From Eledone cirrhosa (Eukaryota): 64,000 nucleotides of DNA. The position numbers were made by a program, and so were the translations under genes. The notes beneath the pieces were generated by a model. It had not been told where the DNA came from. It saw nothing but the letters and a program-made list of their open reading frames with translations, and ran no database searches. Below, one piece after another: positions 27,591 through 41,659 of the stretch (the stretch's first letter is position 1; every line of letters begins with the position of its first letter). The stretch covers positions 74,834,001-74,898,000 of the forward strand of contig OZ024744.1 of assembly GCA_964016885.1 (NCBI GenBank). Direction: 5' to 3'.

Positions 27591-27991
27591 CACATCACCC
27601 TCCCCTTCCTTCTTCTCATTCTTCTGTCACACTAGAACCCTTACGTTTCCCTCCATTTCTGTTTTCATAACCACAAAAGACACTTGAATATTCAATGTAA
27701 CTCTACTTTGTGTTGTGAGTACTGAACATATATGTGGTTATATATTTTTCTTTATTTCCTAAACAACATATTTTAGTCATACATTGAAAAACTGTTAATT
27801 TGAAATACACCCGAATGAATATAAAATTAGTTTATTTTTAGTCTTGTGGTATTGATGTTTCTATATTTGTGTTAATTAAATCTATGATGGCCGAGTGAGA
27901 GTTTTACAACGTGTATGTATGTGTGTGTATATGTGTGTGTTTAACTGTGTCTGTTTGTTTGTGTATGTGTGTGTTTATGCAATATATGTAT

Positions 27992-28133
<142 letters not shown>

Positions 28134-28184
28134 AAATGTGAAGTGTTCACGACAATCAATATGACATTCGAAATATAGTTATAG

Positions 28185-31100
28185 AGATAGATATTTTCTT
28201 TATTTGCCACAGGGGCGTACAAAGATGGGACATTACAAGATGTGATGGTGGGGGTTTTACATAAATATCATATAACTTTAACATTAATAAATAACAATAA
28301 ACTATTTATAATAAAATAATAATTGAAATCCCTAATAGGGGGGAACGTTACTGCAGGGTTGTTTTACACCCCGTGGATAGAAAACCCTCAACACCAGGAA
28401 CACGTTTCGTAGGTGTTCTCGTGTTCGCTCTGTTTATTTTATTCAACCTACAGGTTTATATACAGAGAAGGCTCATTCACTCGGACCATTTTCGCCACAT
28501 TCACCCACCTTTTAGCGAATTTACTGGAGTGTAGCCCCTCTCTCTCCACTCACACCTTCCTTCTGAAGTGATACTTAAAGAAAGGGATAAGTTGTCCGGA
28601 GAGAAAGGTGTTTGCCCTCAGTCCTTTTAACCTTGTCCACCATATTACCTCTTTTGCCAAAGCCACCAGACAGAGGAAAACCACCTCTCATTTATACTTA
28701 CATGAAGGCGGCGTGTTGATCCTCACGATGGACTCGGCTGACAACTGGATGCGTCCTACACGTGACATAGGCGATGGACGGAATGTCCTACCGAACAGAC
28801 TGGTCAGTTCATCCTCCTCGATGCCTAGAGTTTCCCCGAGAACGCCGTCGCACTTATCCTCCACTAATCCCCTATAGAATGTCGAAGTGGAGTCTCCGTT
28901 GACTGTCGATTCCGCTTGGTAGAGGGCTGTGAGCGCCAGAAGGCACTCAAGGTGACAGGCACCCATTTTCGGTCTTCGCTTCACCCAACACTGCAGCTCT
29001 GTTAGTGAAACGAGTTGGAGAAGAGCTTGTCTCACAAACGACAGCCACACCGGTTCACCGGTCAGGAATATCTGGAGATGGCGTAGCCTCAGCGCGTGTT
29101 TGCGCATCATCAGCCACGGCATGCCCAGCCCTCCGTTAGAAGGGTGTTGACAGCAGATGGATCTCCTCACCAATGGAGCCTGTTTCTTCCAGAGGAACTT
29201 GAACGGCATGCATTCCATTTTGGTGAGGTATTCGCGAGGACAAGGCATGACTGAAGCGGTAGTAGATGACGGACGCTATGTAAGTGTTCGCCACCTCCGC
29301 TCGATCTTTCAAGGAGAGTTTGCACCCAGCCCACTTCTGAGTGAGTGCGAACACCCTCGGCGTGACCTCGTTCCATTTCTTGTCCACCTGGAGGTCTGGA
29401 CCACACCAGACCCCGAGCAATTTCACCGGTCCTTGCGTCCAACGTCCAACGACACTGTCGGAAGGCATGGATTTGCCTCTCCATGTGCCGAGTTGCAAAC
29501 CGACAGAATTGTTTGGGTTTAGTTCTGCTCCAGTCAACGTTTCGTATTCCTGTAATAGGTTGCCGATTACCCCGATTTTCGAGGTTTTCGACACCATTAC
29601 GGTTATGTCGTCGGCATAGGCTGACGCTGCTTTCCGCAGTCCTGGTTCGATCGGGATGCACTGCAAAAGCTCCAACATCCGCAGTAATGGCTCGAGAGTC
29701 AGTACATGCAGAATAGAGGGAAGAGGGCATCCCTGACGGATGGAACGCATGATTTGGAATGGCTCCGATAGGTAGCCATTCACCTTGACTGCCGAGCAGA
29801 TGCTGGTGTGCATGGCTGCGATCCAGCCTCTGAAAGCGTGGCCGAAGCCGGCCGCATTGAGAACCGCTTCCAAGTATTGATGGTCGACCCTATCAAATGC
29901 CTTAGACTGATCTAAACTGATCAGAGCCAGACCGAAGCCAGGTTTACACCCACCCTCTCTATGATGTATCGCATGAGGTGGAGGTTGTCGTGTATGGACC
30001 TGGTCAGAATTGCACACGTTTCCCTACCAGGATCTCGACGACAAGCGCCAGCCTCATTGCTAACACCTTGGCCCAAATCTTTAGCTCTGTGTTGAGCAGA
30101 GGTATGGGCCTGAAATTGCTTATGTCATCCCCCTTGTTCTCATCTTTCCTGATCAGCGTTACTAAGCCTCTACCTACAGAACTAGGAATCCTCCCGTTCT
30201 GCTGCCAGTTGCAGTAGACCGCTTCGAGGTCTACTTTTACATGACTATGTAAAACTCATAGGGTAGACCATCTGAACCGTGTAATTTACGTTTCCCGCAA
30301 CGGCCTAGGGCTTCTTCTATTTCGCCCGCTGTGACCGGTCTTTAGCAGCTTTCTGAATCCCTGCTCGAGATTCGTGGTACGCCGTCGAGGTAGCGACCGA
30401 AGTCCATCACCTCGCTCGTCGTACCGCTTATCCCGAACAGTTGTGCAAAATGCTGCTGGAAGGCCGTGCACATCTGCTTGAATTCAAGTAGAATGCGTCC
30501 ATCTTTCTCTTGCAAAGACCGAATTGTGGATTTGTTGCCACTTTTCACCTCTGTCACTCGAGCCCAGCTAACAGCTTTGGCTCCCTCGTTTCTTAGAGCA
30601 CGTGTTCTACTTCTGACAATACAACCTTCATGTTTCACGTTGAAGAACTGGTCTAGTGCCGTTCTCGCCGCTAGCATGTCAGCTGTACTGCCATTCCTAA
30701 GTGCCTCTTCTACTTTAGCTACCACCAGTTCCTTTTCAGTTTTTTTTTTTTGTAAAGCTACCTCCTTGCTAAATGATATCGATTCTATTCTAATTGCTCT
30801 CTTGAGAGAGCTCCACCACCTGTTGTTGACGATCGCCCCCGTCAACTGGCTCTTAACTAAGGTGCTAATCTGTTTACTGTTGGCCTTACGCACCGGGAGC
30901 GACATGTTTAGCTTCCAGTATCCGGATCCCTGTCTATGTGTTCTATCAAGGTTGGCTATGCAGGTGACTGATTTGTGGTCTGAATAGGCAACCATCTGCA
31001 TTTGTGGACAGCTTAATGTTTCCTTATCATTCTGTCTAATTAGAAATCTATCTAAATACGATCTAGAAGACCCAGTGCGGTTGCTCCACGTCCACAGTGG

Positions 31101-31825
31101 TACACTTGCGAAGTCTAGTCGATATCTATCAGCCAGTTGGAATAGGCTGATGAGATTTTTGAGGCTATTACACCCCTCTAGTATCACGAGCTCCTACCTA
31201 GTCCCAACGTGCGTCTAAGATACCATTCCAGTACCCCACTAACACTAAGGAGTGAGACGTTTCCAGGATGGCTCCAGACGCTTGAAGAACTCTGGTCGCG
31301 ATGTCCCTGTTGGGGCATATACGGCCACCAGTCTGAAAGCTCCACCTTCACTACCATTCACGTCCAGGACTACCAGGCTGCCCAGCGGGTCCAAGTGAAT
31401 CACCTGTATTTTGAGATCCAAGTTTTTTTCAAAACAGAACAGCAACTCCACCTCCACCTCCCGGCTGACAGAGAGATGCGTAGATCTCAAAGTCATCGAA
31501 CATGGGGGTTAGCTGCTGCTTGTGAATCCTGGATTCGGTGATGGCTATCACATCTATACAATGTGACCTGAGATCATTTAAAAGCTAGCCCTGTTTCCAG
31601 GGCATACCCAGGCCACGTACATTCAAACATCCAACTGGTATAGTCGACATGTTGTTGAAGAAGAGTTAAGGAGAGAAAAGGCAGGAACACTTACCTTTTC
31701 GTTTCCTGGAGGTCGGGTTGTTCGATCTCCATGTCAGATTGGCGGTGTTTGGTGAGGGAGCAAATCATTTTAACAGGGCACGGTTAAGGGGATTTTGGCA
31801 GGGGGGGGGGGTCACATCATGTGGG
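28185..31825 (-). mobile_element. L1/Tx1-like LINE with near-complete but frameshifted ORF2 (APE endonuclease + RT)
   Basis: ATG at 31650 gives MSTIPVGCLNVRGLG. Also RLVAVYAP, SYLDRFL, SDHKSV, GYWKLN, LDQSKAFDRVDH, RQGCPL, YADDI. Both ends abut (TATC)n-type tracts. Confidence 0.92.
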
Positions 31826-32437
31826 AGATAAATAGATAGATAGATATAGAGGAGGGAAGAGAGAGAGGAGTGATTGTGAGAAATAGAGAGAGAGAAATAG
31901 AAAGAGGGAGAGAGAGGGAGGCAAACTGACCAATATATAAATGGTTTGATAGGCAAAGAAGGGTAAATAGGGGTGATATGTTGGTTGTGTGACAGACGAA
32001 TGAACTAAAGTAAAAGGCGAAATACGGTTAGTCTATAATGCTGTAAATTAAACGAAGCAAATAAAAAAAAAGGCGGAACAGACTCAGACCCGCGCACACA
32101 TTCTCACAATGCACACAGCGCATATACTCACAAGCAAAATTATAAACATACATCAACACACATATGCATACACGCATTCCCATAGCAGCGACCCCCCCCC
32201 CCTCCCCTCCACACACACACAAGTGATGGTATACAGGGTTTCTAACAGGTAGAAGTTCAATTTAAAAATAAAAAAACGTGGAACAGGTTTAAATATTTGT
32301 TCGTATAGATTATATGTACAGAAGTTAATAATCCACTTATGTACATACATGCATATATACATACATTCATGCATACATATATACATACAAACATATATAC
32401 ATGCATGCACACATACATACATACATACATATTCCAT

Positions 32438-35400
32438 CAGTCAACGCGATCAGTCGCATATTTTGGCGTGGGAGACTATTTATTAAATTTAAGATGAATA
32501 CTATCTCCGACAGTAATGCCACAACTACAGTCATGTTGAATAACCGGTTATTGTTCTAACTATCCCTTCTGAAGGCACCTTTTATTCGAATTCGTAGATA
32601 TATCCGACTAAATACATAATTCATTTTACAAGGATTTGCTACAAACAGCATGGCTGAACACAACATCAACAAAAACTTAAGGAAGTATCGAAGACAAATA
32701 ACAAAGAAGGTAATCAAACTTTATTCAGTTGTAGCTACAGAAGAAACCGAAATTATAAATCGCATTTCTCTTGGAGCTGCGAACTTAATAATGATTTATT
32801 TAATTGTTATAAAATGGCAAAAAACAATCCCTCCATTGGCTATATGAATAGAATGAAGCTAGACTGGGACGAAATGCACCCAGAGCTAAATTATTTCACA
32901 GCGAAACAATTACGCCAACAAGCGACGTTTGTTGAACGTAAAAATAAGATAAATATTATTAATTGTAAGCCACATAACGAACATGGAATCAACAACACGT
33001 GCTACAGATCGCCATGCTACTAGACTTCCTAGCAGCCAGGTCGAACACCGCCTGGAAACAACTATGCCTGTAAGAAACTTGACACCACCTGTACCATCTA
33101 AGTCTACCTCGAATGCTGGGGAAAACACTATCGATAATAATAATAATCGAATAAATGTGACACCACGTGTACCATCCGAGTCTATCTCGACTGTTGTGGA
33201 AAATACTATCGATAATGATAATCAAAAGTATAAACAATTGAAAATCTCCATCAATGAAATCTTCCATAGAGAAATTATAAATCTCTCTGGCTGAACGTGT
33301 TAAAATGACAGTGGTGAATAAAAAACCAAATAATGAAATACTACGTGTTATTGACGAAATAGGGGATGAATATTTACGACGGATAAAAACCCTAACATTT
33401 TGGCAAATCAACGCCTGTTTATATGCCTTAGCAATGACAGTGAAGCATTATGTTGGTGATAGCAGAGATATTAACAAGAACAAAACACGACTAAAAATAC
33501 CAGCATATAAACTCAAATAGAAAAAAAGACTGCTGACCTACGAAAAAACATAGGACATGTGACAATGCTCCTTACATGCAAACAAACACAAAAAACCTCA
33601 CTCCTCACCAACAAAGAGTGAAAAATAAAATAGAGACGATGTTTGGTAACAGTAGAACCAGAACTCTCCAATATAAGCTGATCACCCTCAAACAAGAATT
33701 GAGAGCAGTTATCGAAAAACGCCGATACCTGAAAAAGGTAGATGAGAGAAAAACGTTTAATAAAAGATTCAGACGAAACCAAACATCAGTCTATAGAGAT
33801 ATGAGGGGTAAAATAATAAGTGTCACTGAGGCCCCATCCCAGAAAGATATAGATTCCTTTTGGAGAAAAATATGAGGTGAAAAGAAGAATTTCAAGCAAG
33901 ATGCAGTGTTGCTAAGAGAAATACGAAAGAACTATTGCTCCTACACTACAACAAAAACATCGAAATAAGTGAGGGTACCCTTGAGACTGTGATAGGAAAA
34001 CTCCAAGATAAGAAAACAACAGGAAGAGACATGATTGTCGGCTACTGGTACAAAAAACTAATATTCTATCGGAGGTATCTTACTGACCTCTACCAACAAG
34101 TTCTTAAGGGAGATACACTTATACCAGAATGGTTGACATTAGCACAAACGTTACTGGTCCCAAAGAACAAAGACACCCACCTGGAAAATAACATGCCAAA
34201 ACCTGATGTATAAGATGTATACAGCCTACCTGAACCTATTCCTCCAAGATCACTGTGAAAATAATAACATCATCACAGATGAACAAGCAGCTGGAAAGAA
34301 AAGGGTTTGGGGATGTGCTGAACAACTCCTAATCAACAAAACTGCGATGTCGGAGGTGCGACAACTTAGGAGGAATATGGCTACAGTCTGGCTGGACTAC
34401 AGGAAAGCTTTTGATTCTGTTCCCCACTCTTGGGTGATAGAGGCCCTCCAACTTGTTAAAGTCCCAGACATTATTATCAGAGCCATAGAGAAGCTGTCTT
34501 CTTCTTGGGCTACTATCCTAAGGTTAAAGACAGAGAGGGAGAACTCTATTTTCCCTGATGAAATAAAATATTGCAGGGGTATATTTCAGGGAGACAGTCT
34601 CTCTGTGACATTATTTATCCTGTCATTAAATCCCTTGTCCTTTCTGCTCAAGAAATGTGAGGGATACATCATTGGCTCACAGGAGGATATATGAACCTAG
34701 CCCATAATTTCTTTGTGGATGATCTGAAACTCTATGTCAAGAACATGGATGGGATGAAGAAAAATCTTGACCTGGTTACAATGTTCTCAAAGGATATAGG
34801 AATGGAGTTTGGCCAAGATAAATGCTCATATATGACTGTAAAGCGGGAAAAAACAACAACCCAATCTATCAACATTGTCATCAATGGTCTAACTGTTTCA
34901 CCGATATCTGATGAGGACTGCTACAGATACCTGGGGATAGATGAGAACATATCCTATAATGGTATATGTAATAAAGAACGCGTAACCAGGAAATACTACA
35001 CCCGATTAAGAAAGATCTGGTCATCAGAACTCTCTGCGCAAAACAAAACAGTGGCTCACAATGTGATTGCTGTGCCTGTCCTAACACCAACATTTGGAAT
35101 ACTCAATTGGACGATAGACGAAATCCGAGCAGTTGATGTTAGAACTCGAAAACTACTGAACAACACCGGAAACTTCCACATCAACAGTGACATAGATCGC
35201 CTTTACTTGAAACGTAAGCAGGGAGGCAGAGGCCTAACATCAGTCCAGACAACATTTGAATGTCGCATCATATCTCTCCGACAACATCTACGAACCTCGA
35301 AGCGTAGGAGCCCGTCTCTCCAGCAAGTCTATCTGCATGGAACAGATAAGATCATGAGAGTTCGGAAGGAACTCCTTGAGAGATATTCCCTGTGTGATAA

Positions 35401-35845
35401 TCAAAAACTCACACCCAGGGATGTCGCTCAGCAGTATCGCAGTGAATCCATGGATGAAAAACTGCATGCCTATCAGCAAAAAATCATGCATGGATATGTT
35501 GCCAGGAAGCTCCAGAGTGAGAGTAATATAGATAAGGAAAGTAGTCTATCTTGGACCAACAACCGCTATATTGGCTCCCACTTTGAAGGATACGCTTTTG
35601 CAATCCAAGAACAGGAGATTAGCACGAAATACCTGATTCACAAAAGAGATAGGGATGCAGGAAAAACACCTAGATGTGATAACAAGTGCAGACTCTGCAG
35701 AACTAACATCGAGGATATCATCCATGTCATCAGCAGCTGCCCAAAGATGTCATCGCGGTACTATCTACCTATGAGGCATGATGTAGTGGCCAAAACACTG
35801 TACAATGCAGTTCGTAAAAAAGATAGCCCCGATAATAAACACATA
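32438..35845 (+). mobile_element. R4/Dong-like element copy 2 (3'-truncated)
   Basis: Same 5' end CAGTCAACGCGATCAGTCGCAT. ORFs 34206-34694 and 34691-35848 (FVDDLKLY, CRLC..HVISSC, RHD). Confidence 0.92.
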
Positions 35846-35849
35846 TAGT

Positions 35850-36272
35850 CAGTCAACGCGATCAGTCGCACATTTGACGTCGGAGACTATTCATTAAATT
35901 TACGATGAATACTATTTCCGACAGTAATGCCACAACTACCAGTCATGTTGAATAACTGCTACAAACAACATGGCTGAACACAACATCTACAACAACAGCA
36001 TCAGTGGAATACCGAAGAAAAACGAGAAAGATAAACAAACTTAAGGAAGTATCGAAGACAAATAACAAGGAAGGTAATCAAACTTTATTCAGTTGTAGCT
36101 ACAGAAGAAACCGAAATTATAAATAGCATTTCTCTTGGAGTTGCGAACTTAATAATGATTTATTTAATTGTTATAACATGCCAAAAAACAATGCCTCCAT
36201 TGGCTATATTAACAGAATGAAGCTAAACTGGGACGAAATACACCCAGAGCTAAATCACTCCACAGCGAAACG
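35850..36272 (+). mobile_element. R4/Dong-like element copy 3 (5' fragment only)
   Basis: Restarts at CAGTCAACGCGATCAGTCGCA with an internal deletion. Confidence 0.85.
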
Positions 36273-36369
36273 ATTCATACATGCATATATACATACATCC
36301 ATGCATACATATATACATACAAACATATATACATGCATGCACACATACATACATACATACATATTCCAT

Positions 36370-37778
36370 CAGTCAACGCGATCAGTCGCATATTTTGGCG
36401 TGGGAGACTATTTATTAAATTTAAGATGAATACTATCTCCGACAGTAATGCCACAACTACAGTCATGTTGAATAACCGGTTATTGTTCTAACTATCCCTT
36501 CTGAAGGCACCTTTTATTCGAATTCGTAGATATATCCGACTAAATACATAATTCATTTTACAAGGATTTGCTACAAACAGCATGGCTGAACACAACATCA
36601 ACAAAAACTTAAGGAAGTATCGAAGACAAATAACAAAGAAGGTAATCAAACTTTATTCAGTTGTAGCTACAGAAGAAACCGAAATTATAAATCGCATTTC
36701 TCTTGGAGCTGCGAACTTAATAATGATTTATTTAATTGTTATAAAATGGCAAAAAACAATCCCTCCATTGGCTATATGAATAGAATGAAGCTAGACTGGG
36801 ACGAAATGCACCCAGAGCTAAATTATTTCACAGCGAAACAATTACGCCAACAAGCGACGTTTGTTGAACGTAAAAATAAGATAAATATTATTAGTTGTAA
36901 GTCCTCCACAACAAACATGGAATCAACAACACGTGCTACAGGTCGCCATGCTACTAGACTTCCTAGCAGCCAGGTCGAACAGCGCCTTGAAACAATTATG
37001 CCTGTAAGAAACTTGACACCACCTGTACCATCTAAGTCTACCTCGAATGCTGGGGAAAATACTATCGATAATAATAATAATCGAAGAAATTTGACACCAC
37101 TTGTACCATCCGAGTCTACCTCGACTGTTGTCGAAAATACTATCGATAATGATAATAATCAAAAGTATAAACAATTGAAAATTTCCCCCAACGAAATCTT
37201 CCAGAGAGAAATTAATTCATGTATAAAGATTTCTCTTGCTAAACGTATTAAAAAAAAAACAATATATAATTAAAAAAACAAAAACAAATAATGAAATATT
37301 ACGTGTTATTGACGAAATAGGGGATGAATATTTACGACACATAAAACCCCAACATTTTGGCAAATCAACGCTTGTTTATATGCCTTGACAACGACAGTGA
37401 AGCAATATCTTGGTGATAGCAGAGATATTAACAAGAACAAAACACGACCAAAAATACCATCATCTATATATCTAAAACAGAATATGTCTGTCTGTATGTC
37501 TGACTCCCTAAAACTCGAGAACCACCCAACCGACTTTTTTCAAACTTTACAGATGTAATACTTATGGTCGTGTGAGTGTTTTGAGCAAAAGTTATTTCAA
37601 ATTTTCAATGCCCAAGGGACCGCATTAGGCGATTTAGCGATCTCTCTATAATTCTTAGTCTGTATTTTTAGATAGATACATAGCTACGACGTCGCGCCCT
37701 TATAATCTCTGTCTGTATGTCTGGCTGTCTGCATTACGACGTTATGACACTATCTCTCTGTGTGTGTGTGTATATATA

Positions 37779-37846
<68 letters not shown>

Positions 37847-37979
37847 TATATATATATAGTGTGTAACGTTTTGCGAAATATTTACTTCTGCTTTCACAGA
37901 TTGTTTTTTTTTAGTTTCAGAAGATCCCGTTAAGGGTGAAAGCAACGATTCTTTTCTTAAACTTTAATCCTTTATTTTA

Positions 37980-38011
<32 letters not shown>

Positions 38012-41000
38012 TTATATATTCGTGTACAGATATTTTTGCATACACAATAACAAAATATAAACAACCGTATTTATTTCACGAGGCTCGACAGCAGCAAAGG
38101 CAACAACAAAGGAGAGAGGGAAGTCAATTACATGCTTGTGAAAAATCTTAATGGAAAATGATTTGCCTATTCACCCAAGGCGACATCACTTTTTATTAGA
38201 ACTTCTGCATCAATTGGTGAACATACGACGAAACTGTTTCAGAAAGGAGGGATAAACATGCCAATCTATGTTTAGAATCCCGAGTAACGCCGGGCCATTC
38301 TGCTAGTATTTAACTAAAATAGAAAAAAAGATTGCTGACCTACGAAAAACCATAGAATACGTAACAATGCTCCTTACATGCAAACAAACACATAAAAAGA
38401 CTCACTCCTCACCAACAAAGAGTGAAGAATAAAATAGAGATGATGTTTGTTAACAGTAGAACCAGAACTCTCCAATATAAGCTGATAACCCTCATACAGG
38501 AATTGAGAGCTTCTAGCGAAAAGCGCCGATACCTGAAGAAGGTAGAGGAAAGAAATGTGCTTGATAAACGATTCAGACGAAACCAAACATCAGTCTATAG
38601 AGATATGAAGAGCAAAATAATAAGTGTCACTGAGGCCCCATCCCAGAAAGACAGATTTCTTTTGGAGAAAAATATGGGGTGAAAAAAGAATTTCAATCAA
38701 GATGCAGTGTGGCTAAGAGAAATCCGAAAAGTACTATTGCTCCTACACTACAACAAAAACATATGAAATAAGTGAGAGTACCATTGAGCCTGTGAGAGGA
38801 AAACTCTAAGATAAAAAAACATCATGAAGAGACCTGATTGTCGGCTACTGGTACAAAAAACTGATATTCTCTCGGAGGGCTCTTACCGACCTCTACCAAC
38901 AAGTTCTTAAGAGAGATACACTTATACCAGAATGGTTAACATTAGCACAAACATTACTTGTCCCCAAGAATAAAGACACCCACCTGGAAAATAACTACCG
39001 ACGCATTGTATGCCAGAACCTGATGTATAAGATGTATACAGCCTGCCTGAATCTATTCCTCCAAGATCACTGTGAAAATAATAACATCATCACAGATGAA
39101 CAAGCAGCTGGAAAGAAAGGGGTGTGGAGATGTGCTGAACAATTCCTAATCAACAAAACTGCGATGTCGGAGGTGCGACAACTTAGGAGGAATATGGCTA
39201 TAGGTTGGCTGGACTACAGGAAAGCTTTCGATTCTGTTCCCCACTCTTGGATGATAGAGGCCCTCCGATTTGCTAGTTCCAGACATTATTATCAGAGCCA
39301 TAGAGAGGTTGTCTTCTTCTTGGGCTACTATCCTAAAGTTAAAACAGAGAGGGTGGACTATATTTTCACCGATAAAATAAAATATCGCAGGGGTATATTT
39401 CAGGGAGACAGTCTCTCTATGATAGTATTCATCCTGTCATTAAACCCCTTGTCCTTTCTGCTAAAGAAATGTGAAGGATTCATAGAGAAATACGAACCTA
39501 ACCCATAATTTCTTTGTGGATGATCTGAAACTCTATGCCAAGAATGTGGATGGGATGAAGAAAAATCTTGACCTGGTTACAACATTTTCAAATAATATAG
39601 GATTTGAGTTTGGCCAAGATAAATGCTCATATATGACTGTAAAGCGGGGAAAAACAACAACCCAATCTAGCAACATTGTCATCAATGGCCTAACTGTTTC
39701 ACCGATATCTGATGAGGACTGCTACAGATACTTGGGGATAGACGAGAACATATCCTATAATGGTATCTGTAATAAGGAACGCGTAAACAGGGAATACTAC
39801 GGTCATCGGAACTCTCTGCGCAAAACAAAACAGTGGCTCACAATGTGTTTGCTGTGCCTGTCCCAACACCAACTTTTTGAATACTCAATTGGACGATAGA
39901 CGAAATCCGAGCAGTTGATGTTAGAACTCGAAAAATACTAAACAACACCGGAAACTTCCACATCAACAGTGACATAGATCCCCTTTACTTGAAACGTAAG
40001 CAGAGAGGCAGAGGCCTAACATCAGTCCAGACAACATTTGAATGTCGCACCATATCCCTCCAACAACGTCTACGAACCTCGAAACGTAGGAGCCCGTCTC
40101 TCTAGTAGGTCTATCTGCATGAAACAGATAAGATCATGAGAGTTAGGAAGGAACTCCTCGAGAGATATTCCATGTGTGATAATCAAAAACTCACACCCAG
40201 GAAAGTCACTCAGCAGTATCGCAGTGAATCCATGGATGAAAAACTGCATGCTTATCAGCAAAAAATCATGCATGAATATGTTGCCAGGAAGCTCCAGAGT
40301 GAGAGTAATGTAGATAAAGAAAGTAATCTATCTTGGACCAACAACCGCTATATTGGCTCCCACTTTGAAGGATACGCTTTTGCAATCCAAGAACAGGAAA
40401 TCAACACGAAATACCTGATTCACAAAAGAGATAGGGATGCAGGCAAAACACCTAGAAGTGATAACAAGTGCAGACTCTGCAGGATTAACATCGACGACGT
40501 CACCCATGTTATAAGTAGCTGTCCAAAAATGTCATCTCGGTACTATCTACCTATGAGGCATGATGTAGTGGCCAACACACTGTACAATGCAATCCGTAGA
40601 AAAGATAGCCCCGATAATAAACACATTAAAAGCTACAGCAATGTGGAAGACATCCATGTACATAATATGAAAGAGTACTGGTGGAATGTTCCAGTAAAAG
40701 GCCCAATAAAATGCAGGCATAACAGACCAGATATGATATGGGACAGGGAGAAGAATGCATGAACAGTAGTGGAAATCGGCTGTCCTGCAGATGCCAATAT
40801 AATATCAATGATTAGCGATATGGAGAATATTTATGCAAAACTGATGAAAAATCTGCAGATACTCCACCCTGATTACACCTTCAGATGTATGCCTGTGATT
40901 ATTGGGGCACTGAGGTATGTTGGTAACTGCCTCAATACAAATCTTGAGAAGCTAGGCTTCACAGGAACAGACAGAACACAACTAGTTAGGAAATTACAAG

Positions 41001-41297
41001 TACAATCCATTAATGGAACAGTAGAAATATGTAAAACATTCCAAACATTTTGCATCTAATAATTGCATATACCTCATGTACAGATACTAAGCACATACAC
41101 ATGCACACATACAACTCAAAACATCCACATCCACACATACACTAACATCCATACCTGCACACACATGCATGCATGCAGACATGCATACATATCCACCTAG
41201 TTGATGTTGTGTAAATTCCAATGAGAGAGTCTTGTGTCTATATTAGAAACCGACTCTCTCCCTATTGGCTAAGATTTGTGAAATTATAAAACCAGAA
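36370..41297 (+). mobile_element. R4/Dong-like element copy 4 (full length, frameshifted, Helitron inserted)
   Basis: Runs from the 5' end through NRPD, EIGCPAD and CKTFQTFCI* to 3' UTR ..AAAACCAGAA followed by (CATA)n. Confidence 0.92.
37463..38306 (+). mobile_element. Non-autonomous Helitron (844 bp) nested in Dong-like element
   Basis: TCTATATATCTAAAAC..GTCTGTCTG start; CCCG AGTAACGC CGGG hairpin + CCATTCTG CTAG end. The empty site in copy 1 (CCATCA|TATATAAC) shows A|T insertion without TSD. Confidence 0.93.
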
Positions 41298-41659
41298 CAT
41301 ACATACATACATACTTACAAATATACACAGATACATACAAACATACATACATACTTACACAGATACATATATACATACATACTGAGATACATACATACAT
41401 AATGGCAGTTACCTTGCACTAAAATATAGCCATCACTTGAAATTTTAAAACAATGTGCTGTGTGTAGCACGGATGTGAGTTTTTTAGGCTAGAGTGAATT
41501 CTATATTCTCCGGCACGGATATTACAGACATGGCTTATGGTAACCAGAATTGATAGCTGGTTGCCATGTAAGTTTATGTGCGTCTGAGGCCTCCTATTGA
41601 TTGGCAGACTTTATCACATTGATAACAAATTGTTATACTACACGTACCGACTTAATTTG

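Noticed and set aside
34905-34920. CTGATGAG in Dong copies (also ~13265 - and ~39709) and CTGATGA at ~18450, ~7960, ~8617 and ~21663 (-)
   Set aside because: These lie in coding sequence or lack a downstream stem II-GAAA; chance heptamers.
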